Program-made: the position numbers and the translations under genes
Notes under the pieces: generated by a model
What the model saw: only the letters and a program-made list of their open reading frames with translations
Database searches by the model: none
Told to the model about the DNA's origin: nothing
Source: Macrostomum lignano
Taxonomy: Eukaryota
DNA length: 64,000 nt
Direction: 5' to 3'
Assembly (NCBI GenBank): GCA_002269645.1
Contig: NIVC01001516.1
Span: 5,796-69,795, forward strand
Shown here: positions 23,101-32,557 of the stretch, in pieces
Position numbering within the stretch: position 1 is the stretch's first letter
How the letters are laid out: each line of letters begins with the position of its first letter

Positions 23101-26100
23101 ATGGGTCACGCAGTGTGACAAGATTCGACATTAGCTGGTTTAGGAATCCAACTCTGAAAAGAACCGAGGAAAAAGAATGGAGCCTTCCATTTTAAGTTAA
23201 TGAATTTTGAACGGCAGCTTTAGCCTTCGATTAGCAACATTATTTTCCCCATTCCCCCCTTCTCAACAGGTCGGCTATTCGCCCGACTACATCTTCCTGC
23301 TGCGCAACCTGATGCGCATCAACCACGAGCAGGGCCTGCAGTTCGCCCAGATGCTGGTCCAAGACGACGAACCGCTGGCCGATATCAGCCTCATTGTTGA
23401 CGTCTTCATGGAGCAGAATCTAGTGCAACAGTGCACCAGCTTCTTGCTAGACGCTCTGAAGAACAATCGGCCTAGCGAGGGTCACCTGCAGACTCGCCTG
23501 CTAGAGATGAACCTCATGTCCGCGCCTCAGGTGGCCGACGCCATCCTTGGCAACCAGATGTTCTCGCACTACGACAAGGCTCACGTTGCCAGCCTGTGCG
23601 AGAAGGCCGGCCTGTTGCAGCGGGCGCTGGAGCACTACACGGACCTGTACGACATCAAGCGGGCCGTGGTGCACACCCACATGCTCAACCCGGAGTGGCT
23701 GGTCAACTACTTTGGCAATCTGAGCGTTGACGACTCGCTTGAATGCTTGAAAGCTATGCTGCAGGCTAATATTAGACAGAATCTGCAGGTAAATATGTCA
23801 TCGTGTTCGCTGTGGTGCTACTGACCAGTCAGTAGTATGATCTCTTCTCCCTCCCGACCTATAGGCTCATTTATCTGCTTATCGTTCGCGCCATTCCAAG
23901 CAAACTCTGCGGCCCTGTCGCTTCTCTGTCCCCATTTTATTGCCCCACCTTATCGCTCGCCCCTTGGCTGGGGAGAGGTTTTTGTCGCCATGTACATTAT
24001 CTGCCACGCTGACTGATGTACACTGTGCCTGCACTGATATCACGTGACTCTTCTAAAATCGATTTTGCAAATTTAGTTTGCCCTAGGCAAAAAATAGTTA
24101 CCACTTTCTGTGCTTGCTACTGAATGGAAAGTAGTTAAAACGATAACTAAAAATAGACTAATCCCTCATCCTCCCACTATTACCCAGGTGTGCGTACAAA
24201 TCGCCTCGAAATACCACGAGCAGCTTGGCGCCGCCGCCCTAATCGAGATATTCGAACAATTCAAAAGTTACGAGGGCCTGTTCTACTTCCTTGGCAGTAT
24301 TGTGAACTTTAGCCAGGACCCGGAGGTGCACTTCAAGTACATCCAGGCCGCCTGCAAGACCTCCCAGTTCAAAGAGGTCGAACGCATCGTTCGCGAGTCC
24401 AGCGTCTACGAGGCCGAGCGGGTAAAGAACTTTCTGAAGGAGGCCAAGCTGACCGACCAGCTGCCGCTCATCATCGTGTGCGACCGGTTCGACTTTGTGC
24501 ACGACCTGGTGCTCTACCTGTACCGCAACAGTCTGCAAAAGTACATTGAGATCTACGTGCAAAAGGTGGGCTATCGAATGGTTCTAAGAATCGCTCTTTA
24601 GCTGTAAATTAACTTCCGAAGTCATTCATTTCTTTTTGAGAGTCGCTCTCCATCTCCTCTTGAGAATCGCCCTCCATCTCCCCTTGAGAATCGCCCTTCA
24701 TCTCCCCTTGAGAATCGCCCTCCATCTCCCCTTGAGAATCGCCCTTCATCTCCCCTTGAGAATCGCCCTTCATCTCCCCTTGAGAATCGCCCTTCATCTC
24801 CCCTTGAGAATCGTCTTCAATCTCCCCTTGAGAATCGCCCTTCATCTCCCCTTGAGAATCGCCCTCCATCTCACCTTGAGAATCGCCCTTCATCTCCCCT
24901 TGAGAATCGCCCTTCATCTCCCCTTGAGAATCGCCCTTCATCTCCCCTTGAGAATCGCCCTCCATCTCCCCTTGAGAATCGCCCTTCATCTCCCCTTGAG
25001 AATCGCCCTCCATCTCCCCTTGAGAATCGCCCTCCATCTCCCCTTGAGAATCGCCCTTCATCTCCCCTTGAGAATCGCCCTTCATCTCCCCTTGAGAATC
25101 GCCCTTTATCTCCCCTTGAGAATCGCCCTTTACATACATGCGCAACCTCCAAATTTCGGTCGGCCATGCGACTTAGTTTTAACAAAAATGCGACGTTGTT
25201 TTTGGCCAAAAATGCGACTTACATGTAAAAAAACCCGAAAGCAAAATTAACGCAACTTTGGGTAAACGGCAGGAGTAACTATGACTGTCTTATAAAGCCA
25301 AAATGCCTCGTCAGCTACTTAGTACTACTACTCTGTGTTTTTTCGGGTTGGCATTTTTGCGACTTCCTTGGTTGGCCGCCAAATCGGTCGGCCGGATCGG
25401 CCGACTCGGCCGACTGTTGCGCATGTATGGCCCTTTATCTCCCCTTGAGAATCGTCTTCAATCTCCCCTGGAGAATCGCCCCCATCTTCCTTTAGAATAT
25501 CCTCTATATTTTCCTTGAGAATCATCCTCTATCTCACCTTAAGAATCGTCCTCTATTTCACCTTGAGAATAATCTCCATAATTCTCACAATACCTGTCGC
25601 AGGTGAACCCAAGCCGTCTTCCGGTAGTAGTGGGCGGCCTACTGGACGTCGACTGCGCCGAAGACGTGATCAAGCAGCTCATCCTGGTTGTTCGCGGCCA
25701 ATTCTCAACGGACGAACTCGTTGCCGAAGTGGAGAAGCGCAACCGATTGAAACTGCTGCTACCCTGGCTGGAGCACCGGGTGCATGAGGGCTCGGAGGAG
25801 CCGGCCACGCACAATGCCCTGGCCAAGATCTACATCGACGCTAATAACAATCCGGAGCGGTTCCTCAGGGAGAACCGGTTCTACGATTCCCGGGTGATTG
25901 GCAAGTACACTGAGAAGCGCGACCCTCACCTGTCCTGTATCGCCTACGAGCGGGGCCAGTGCGACGACGACCTCATCCGAGTGTGCAACGAGAATTCTCT
26001 GTTCAAATCGCAGGCCAGGTATCTGGTTAAGCGCAAGGATGAGGCTCTGTGGGCCCGCGTGCTGCAGGAGGACAACGTCTATCGGAGGCAGCTGATTGAT

Positions 26101-29100
26101 CAGGTCTGTACAGCTGTTAATGAATCGCTAATCTAATTCACACATTTAAAAAGCTAGTTTTTATTTAGGCTGAATTAATTAGCATTCGAGGTTCAGTAAT
26201 GTGAAAGTAAAGGTAATTATTTCGCAAGGGGTTTTAATTATTACGTAGGATAAACAGCCAAGGCTAATTGCTGTGTTAGCGAGGCTAGTTATAAATGATA
26301 AACAGCTATGGCTAATTGCTGTGTTAGCGAGGCTAATTATAAATGATAAACAGCCAAGGCTAATTGCTGTGTTAGCGAGGCTAGTTATAAATGATAAACA
26401 GCTATGGCTAATTGCTGTGTTAGCGAGGCTAATTATAAATGATAAACAGCCAAGGCTAATTGCTGTGTTAGCGAGGCTAGTTATAAATGATAAACAGCTA
26501 TGGCTAATTGCTGTGTTAGCGAGGCTAATTATAAATGATAAACAGCCAAGGCTAATTGCTGTGTTAGCGAGGCTAGTTATAAATGATAAACAGCTATGGC
26601 TAATTGCTGTGTTAGCGAGGCTAATTATAATGATAAACAGCTATGGCTAATTGCTGTGTTAGCGAGGCTAATTATAAATGATAAACAGCCAAGGCTAATT
26701 GCTGTGTTAGCGAGGCTAATTATAATCAGTCTGGATAATTAATATGTTAAAATTCCTATCCCAGGTGGTGCAAACCGCTCTCTCCGAGACAAACGATCCT
26801 GAGGAGATCTCCGTTAGCGTAAAATCCTTCATGGCTGCCGACCTGCCCAACGAGCTTATCGAGTTGTTGGAAAAAATTGTGCTGGACAATACGGTGTTCT
26901 CGGATCATCGCAATCTGCAGAACCTACTGATCCTCACCGCCATCAAAGCCGACCGCAATCGGGTCATGGAGTACATCACTAAGCTGGAGAACTTCGACGC
27001 ACCTGAGATTGCCCAGATTGCCATCAGCAATCAGCTGTTTGAGGAGGCTTTCGCCGTATTCAAGAAATTTGAAGTTAACGAGAGCGCCATTAAGGTGCGT
27101 TATTGATTGGACGATTATATTAGGATAAACTCCTAAACGAATCCGCGTCCCCACAAGTGCTAATCGAGCGCATCCGCATAACAACTAAACCCCAAATCGA
27201 ATACTCGTCCCCACAGGTGCTAATCGAGCACATCCGCATCCCAACTAACCTCCCAATCAATTCCGCAGTCTCACAGGTGCTAATCGAGCACATCCGTTAT
27301 ATAGCAACTAAACCCCCAGTTAAGTTCGAATCTCACAGGTGCTAATCGAGCACATCCGCATAGCAACCAAACCCGCCCCGATAAAATTCGCTTCTCACAG
27401 GTGCTAATCGAGCACATCCGCAACCTCGATCGAGCCTACGAATTTGCCGAGAAGTGCAACGAGCCGGCAGTGTGGTCCCAGCTAGCCAGCGCTCAACTCG
27501 AAGAAGGCTTCGTCAAAGAGGCCATTGACAGCTTCATCAAGGCCAACGATCCCAGTTGCTATGTGGACGTTGTTCGAGTTGCCGGCGAGACCGGGCACTG
27601 GGAAGACCTAGTGAAGTTCCTGCTCATGGCTCGCAAAAAGGCCAAGGAGTCCTTCATCGAGACCGAGCTGGTGTTTGCCTACGCCAAAACCGGTCGCCTA
27701 GCGGACATGGAAGAGTACATCAACTCGCCTAATCATGCCAAAATTGCCGAAGTTGCCGATAGGTGCTTCGACCAGGAGATGTACGAGGCCGCCAAGATTC
27801 TCTATAGCAACGTGTCTAATTACGCTAGGCTGGCCATCACCCAGGTTAAACTGGGCGAGTTCCAGAGCGCCGTCGAGTCCGCTAGGAAGGCTAATTCTAC
27901 AAAAACTTGGAAAGAGGCGAGTCATTGTCTACTCGATGGAAATTGTTTTACATAATTCAATAGCCAGCAGCTTTTTTACTTGCTAGAAAACTCCATTTTA
28001 GCTGTAAGATCCCACACCAAGCTGCAAGATCCCAAACTCAGCTAAAAGATCCCAATCTCAGCTGAAAGATCCCAAACTATGCTGAAATATCTCAAACTAA
28101 GCTGAAAGATCCCACACTAAGTTAAAAGATCCCAAACTATGCTGAAAGATCACAAGCTAAGCTAAAATATCCCAAACGAAGCTGAAAGATCCCAAGATAA
28201 GCAAAAAGATCCCAAGATAAGCAAAAAGATCCCAAGATAAGCAAAAAGATCCCAAGATAAGCAAAAAGATCCCAAGATAAGCAAAAAGATCCCAAGATAA
28301 GCAAAAAGATCCCAAGATAAGCTAAAAGATCCCAAACTAAGCTGAAAGATCCCAAGCTCAGCTGAAAGATCCCAAACTAAGTTAAAAGATCTCAAGCTCA
28401 GCTGAAAGATCCCAATAAGCTGAAAGATCCCAAGCTCAGCTGAAAGATCCCAATAAGCTGAAAGATCCCAAACTAAGCTGAAAGATCCCAATAAGCTGAA
28501 AGATCCCAAACTAAGCTGAAAGATCCCAATAAGCTGAAAGATCCCAAACTAAGCTGAAAGATCCCAATAAGCTGAAAGATCCCAAACTAAGCTGAAAGAT
28601 CCCAATAAGCTGAAAGATCCCAAACTAAGCTGAAAGATCCCAATAAGCTGAAATATCCCAAATTAAGCTGAACGATTCCAAACTGCATCTCATATATCCC
28701 AGTTAATCACAATATCAACCACAACTTTTTACCATCCTGTAAACTCCCCCCCCCCACCTCGTCATCATTATCCAGGTGTGCTTCTCTTGCCTAGAGAGCC
28801 AGGAGTATCGCCTAGCCCAGATCTGCGGCCTGAACATCATCATACACGCTGACGAGCTCGAGGAGCTGATCAACTTCTACCAGACCAGGGGCCTGTTCAA
28901 CGAGCTCATTTCCCTGTTCGAGGCCGGCCTCGGGCTCGACCGCGCCCATATGGGATTGTTCACCGAGCTGGCCATTCTGTACAGCAAGTACCGGCCAGCC
29001 AAGCTCAAGGAGCACCTGGAGCTGTTCTGGTCCCGCATCAACATTCCCAAGGTGCTGCGCGCCGCCGAGCAGGCCCACCTGTGGTCCGAACTCGTGTTTC

Positions 29101-29323
29101 TATACGAGAAATATGAAGAATTCGATAATGCCATACTCACTATGATGAAGCATCCCACCGAGGCCTGGCGAGAGTCCTTCTTTAAGGAGATGATCTCCAA
29201 GTGCGCTAATATCGAAATCTATTACAAGGCTATAAAGTTCTATCTGGACTTTAAGCCTCTGCTGCTCAATGACCTGCTGCAGGTGAGTCCGCCTGTAATG
29301 AATTTCATGTCTTTCTGTCTGTC

Positions 29324-29368
<45 letters not shown>

Positions 29369-32300
29369 GTCTGTCTGTGTCTATCAGTCAGTCAGTCAGT
29401 GGATCCTCAGTGAGGACCACAGATGCTAGAATAACCAGATGGGCCACTCAGCACATTTGCGTGTAAGCTACTTTCAGTTCAGTAGTAAGTTGAAAAGAAG
29501 CATTTTAATGTATTTTTAAAGCCAAGGCTCATTTATTGGCTCTTACCCCTCCCCAGCTTAAACCCTCCAACCGCGCCTTTCCACACTGCCCCTACCCCGC
29601 CCCGCCCCAATTTTATTGCCTTTCTCAGAATTCCAGCCTAAAGCTGCCATGTAAATTTAAGTGGACTGGCTAATTTACATTGCTGAACCAATTAGCAAGT
29701 TGTTTACGCCTGCAAGCTTGTGGGCTTCTAAACTTAACAAAGTCATTTCAACTGTCTTTATTTTTATAAAATAGCTTATGCATTCTTTTTTGCTACTGAA
29801 CTGAAAGTAGAAAGCTGTTTTACTAAGTATATATGCCCGAGCAGCCCATCTAGTTATTTTAGTATCTGTGGTGAGGACTAAGCGTGTGCCGCATGCCCAA
29901 CCCAACCATCCCAGGTGCTGATCCCACGCCTGGACCACACCCGCACGGTGAGCTTCTTCTCCAAGGAGGGCAAGATCGCCATGGTGAAGCCCTACCTCAA
30001 AGCGGTGCAGCAGAACAACAACAAGCACATCAACGAAGCCCTGAACAGTCTGTACATCGACGAGGAAGACTACCAGAGCCTTCGCGCCAGCATCGAGGCA
30101 TTCAACAATTTCGACAACATCGGCCTAGCGCAGAAGTGCGAAAAGCACGAGCTGCTGGAATTCAGGCGCATTGCCGCTTTCCTGTACAAGGGCAACAACC
30201 GGTTCAGCCAGAGCATCGAGCTGTGCAAGCGGGACCGGCTGTACAAGGACGCCATGCAGTTCGCTGCCGACTCTCGCGACTCCGAACTTGCCGCCGCCCT
30301 GCTGCAGTGGTTCCTGGATGAGAAGCTCACCGAGTGCTTCTGCGCCTGTCTGTACCAGTGCTACGATTTACTCAAGCCGGACAAGGTGATGGAGCTGGCC
30401 TGGCGGTACAACCTCATGGACTACACGATGCCCTATATGGTGCAGGTCATGGCTGAGTACCAGGCTCGGCTGGAGCGGCTCGAGCAGGCCGAGGCTGTGC
30501 GAGCTGAGAGCGACGAGAAAGCCGACAGCGGTAGCAACCCGATTGTGATGCCGAGTAAGTGCGGAATTCCCTTGTAGGTTACATTCCCCTGTAGATTACA
30601 TTCCCCTGTAGATTACATTCCCCTGTAGGTTACATTCCCCTGTAGGTTACATTCCCCTGTAGGTTACATTCCCCTGTAGATTAAATTCCCCTGTAGGTTA
30701 CATTCCCCTGTAGGTTACATTCCCCTGTAGGTTACATTCCCCTGTAGATTAAATTCCCCTGTAGGTTACATTCCCTTGTAGGTTACATTCCCCTGTAGGT
30801 TACATTCCCCTGTATGTTACATTCCCCTGTAGATTAAATTCCCTTGTAGGTTACATTCCCCTGTAGGTTACAGGAGTGTCCAGTCAGCGTTCTCATATTT
30901 AGACTCCATAGATGTTTATAATCCCCATTCTCGAAAACTTTGGATTATGTCAAAACATCGATTTTATTAAACGAATCGTTACTTATAGCACTTTTGATCG
31001 TTTATTTTAATTCAAACGATATTCGTTTACAAATTTAATGACATTAATCGTTAATCCTTGTCTGATAATCCAAGACTTGAACCAGCCGGCACTGTGCTGG
31101 GGTGCCGGTCCCCAGTTTCATCAAGGATTATCTCCTCAGATGCCTTCCTCTATGTTTAGCGGCAGCAATTCGAGTAAATAATCCAACACTGCATCTGTGC
31201 CGGTTTTAAGTTGTTTTTTACTAAATATTTTATACGTTTCTTTAAGATTTTTTCTCTGGTTGGGTTCTGCTCCGTTCACAGCTTTTTGTAATTTATTGTA
31301 TACTACTCTTCATTCAGTAGCAGCAGCAAGATTGCAGGAAAACTTGTAAAACCCAAATACAGTACGTGTACGTAGCGAGCTCGAAAGAAAAGAAGTGGCG
31401 TGGCGCCTTAGGTCCCAGACAGGCCTTGACTTTGACCTCTTTTCTTACTGCTTTATCATCGGCTGAGCCAGATTGGGCCTGCCCCCCCCCCCCCCAGGCT
31501 GAGTTTCGTCCATCTAACTATGACTTCTCTCATTATTGCTCTCTTATAGGATGAGCCAAATTAGACCTGCCCCCCCCCCAGGCTGAGTTTCGTCCATCTA
31601 GCTATGACTTCTCTCCTTACTGCTCTCTTATTGGCTGAGCCAGATTGGGCCTGCCCCCCCCCAGGCTGAGTTTCGTCCATCTAGCTATGACTTCTCTCCT
31701 TACTGCTCTCTTATTGGCTGAGCCAGATTGGGCCTGCCCCCAGGCTGAGTTTCGACCATCTAACTGTGACTTCTCTCATTATTGCTCTCTTATTGACTGA
31801 ACTTGATTGAGTTCGTATCCCTAAGACTGAGATTTGTCCACTTCTTGCTTTCACTTCTGTACCTCTAGTTTAAAGACACTGCGCGGACAAACCACTAAAA
31901 AATGGAGACGCTCTACTTTTTAACAATTTTATTTGCGAGTTGACACATCTACGAATAGTTATTCGAGCCAGTGAGTCGAGCAAATTTAAGATTGTATCAA
32001 GATAGAGTCACGTGTCACATTTCGTTATTAGTGCAGGTAGCGACAGGCAGAGATAAATGAGCCAATAGGAAGTCGGGAGGAAGTAGAGATCATACTACTG
32101 AGTTAAAAGTAGCATAAAAGTGGACTTTTATGCTTTTTTACGGTAAAGAACTGAAACTTACTGAAACTTTTTGCTTGCCCTAAATAGAATAGCGCATCCT
32201 ACACTCTTATGTCAGTCCTGACGGGACTTTCTGCTAAATCTTCAATACGATAGAAAATTTCCAAATTATTCCAGCATCTGCTATTCAATTAACTTATTTT

Positions 32301-32557
32301 TTATAAAGTGCCATCAGTCTTTTTGCTTCGCGGTTTTCTTTTTTCAGTGTCAGTTTTTTGTTCTATGGTTGACTATTATGACTTGATTTATTAATTAATG
32401 TGTGCCAATTCCATCCCCAACAGGCAATCCCATGCTGATGCTCACCAACACTCCGCACTCGATGATGCCGCCTGGAGTGGCCGGCATGCCGCCTTACCAG
32501 CCTCCGCCGCCGCCTCATCAGGGCGGCTATTACCCGGGCATGCCGCAGCAGTTCTGA
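14086..32557 (+). CDS. CLTC: Clathrin heavy chain, complete, 11 exons, 1681 aa
   Basis: join(14086..14127,18943..19906,20355..20869,23270..23788,24188..24565,25603..26103,26765..27094,27401..27916,28776..29282,29915..30554,32424..32557) = 5046 nt, in frame. Starts [14 protein letters not shown]|LQNIGIN; terminal domain, CHCR repeats, C-terminal MLMLT (QLMLT-like) motif and Pro-rich tail. Confidence 0.97.
14835..15228. mobile_element. Mutator-like MITE in CLTC intron 1
   Basis: ~55-bp TIRs (gaagagcttgcgtgcacggc...cacgtaagctcagaattgcgtgcacggc); direct flanking duplication gttgttgctac (9-11 bp TSD depending on where the ends are placed). Confidence 0.8.
15416..16013. mobile_element. Probable non-autonomous DNA transposon with gcgcaca subterminal motifs
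   Basis: Short imperfect TIRs cactcaggaagg / ctttcctgagta and clusters of gcgcaca near both ends; TSD unclear. Confidence 0.45.
17330..17580. repeat. GA-rich low-complexity tract
   Basis: Purine-rich degenerate run in intron 1. Confidence 0.8.
18943..19906 (+). CDS. CLTC: Clathrin heavy chain exon 2 (beta-propeller terminal domain)
   Basis: acccag|ctgcaaaac ... atcg|gttagt; [30 protein letters not shown]. Confidence 0.96.
19995..20310. repeat. Degenerate tandem repeat in CLTC intron 2
   Basis: Recurring gcggcagtttcaatgaagatgtttgat and ggtcacttcaaagagtcgggct modules. Confidence 0.8.
20355..20869 (+). CDS. CLTC: Clathrin heavy chain exon 3
   Basis: ttag|gctacgtg ... gccaagaag|gtgaga. Confidence 0.96.
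20995..23000. repeat. 36-bp minisatellite with ~179-bp higher-order repeat (CLTC intron 3)
   Basis: Unit gggtcaaggatcgagctctaaagtgggtcgggcact; repeat-derived ORF starts recur at 179-bp spacing (21178/21357, 21548/21727, 22050/22229). Confidence 0.95.
23270..23788 (+). CDS. CLTC: Clathrin heavy chain exon 4
   Basis: caacag|gtcggctat ... ctgcag|gtaaat. Confidence 0.96.
24188..24565 (+). CDS. CLTC: Clathrin heavy chain exon 5
   Basis: acccag|gtgtgc ... caaaag|gtgggc. Confidence 0.96.
24635..25580. repeat. 24-bp minisatellite (CLTC intron 5), interrupted by a MITE
   Basis: Unit ccttgagaatcgcccttcatctcc; homogeneous to 25132, more degenerate after 25430. Confidence 0.95.
25133..25429. mobile_element. 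TIR MITE (hAT/P-like, 8-bp TSD) carrying a 28S rRNA fragment, copy 1
   Basis: Perfect 14-bp TIR catacatgcgcaac / gttgcgcatgtatg; exact 8-bp TSD gcccttta (25125-25132 and 25430-25437); internal 25260-25324 matches LSU rRNA GGGTAAACGGCGGGAGTAACTATGACTCTCTTAAGGTAGCCAAATGCCTCGTCATCTAATTAGT. Confidence 0.88.
25603..26103 (+). CDS. CLTC: Clathrin heavy chain exon 6
   Basis: gtcgcag|gtgaac ... gatcag|gtctgt. Confidence 0.96.
26250..26725. repeat. 48-bp minisatellite, alternating A/B units (96-bp dimer; CLTC intron 6)
   Basis: aaatgataaacagc(caa/tat)ggctaattgctgtgttagcgaggcta(g/a)ttat. Confidence 0.95.
26765..27094 (+). CDS. CLTC: Clathrin heavy chain exon 7
   Basis: atcccag|gtggtg ... attaag|gtgcgt. 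Confidence 0.96.
27125..27400 (+). repeat. ~60-62-bp tandem duplications of the exon-8 acceptor plus first ~21 exon nt
   Basis: cacag|gtgctaatcgagcacatccg at 27217, 27277, 27339 (variant at 27157) ahead of the true acceptor at 27400/27401. Confidence 0.9.
27401..27916 (+). CDS. CLTC: Clathrin heavy chain exon 8 (followed by GC donor)
   Basis: tcacag|gtgcta ... tggaaagag|gcgagt. Confidence 0.94.
28000..28685. repeat. ~19-21-bp minisatellite (CLTC intron 8)
   Basis: gctgaaagatcccaaactaa and gcaaaaagatcccaagataa units. Confidence 0.95.
28776..29282 (+). CDS. CLTC: Clathrin heavy chain exon 9
   Basis: atccag|gtgtgc ... ctgcag|gtgagt. Confidence 0.96.
29311..29400. repeat. (GTCT)n microsatellite
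   Basis: Direct reading. Confidence 0.9.
29915..30554 (+). CDS. CLTC: Clathrin heavy chain exon 10
   Basis: atcccag|gtgctg ... atgccga|gtaagt. Confidence 0.96.
30568..30872. repeat. 17-bp minisatellite (CLTC intron 10)
   Basis: gttacattcccctgtag units. Confidence 0.95.
31460..31810. repeat. ~75-80-bp tandem repeat, ~4 copies (CLTC intron 10)
   Basis: ctgagccagattgggcctg(c)n aggctgagtttcgtccatctagctatgacttctctc...ctctcttattgg. Confidence 0.9.
32424..32557 (+). CDS. CLTC: Clathrin heavy chain exon 11 (reading frame not in ORF track)
   Basis: caacag|gcaatccc...; [44 protein letters not shown]. Confidence 0.9.

Noticed and set aside
25260-25324. rRNA gene call for the 28S-like sequence
   Set aside because: Only ~65 nt, diverged and enclosed in TIRs/TSD; no other rDNA in the window.
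21178-26650. Repetitive ORFs ([24 protein letters not shown] etc.)
   Set aside because: By-products of intronic minisatellites whose unit length is a multiple of 3.
27125-27421. CRISPR array (26-nt repeat with small hairpin plus ~35-nt spacers)
   Set aside because: The repeat is the clathrin splice acceptor plus exon start, the spacers are related to each other, the context is eukaryotic, and there are no cas genes.
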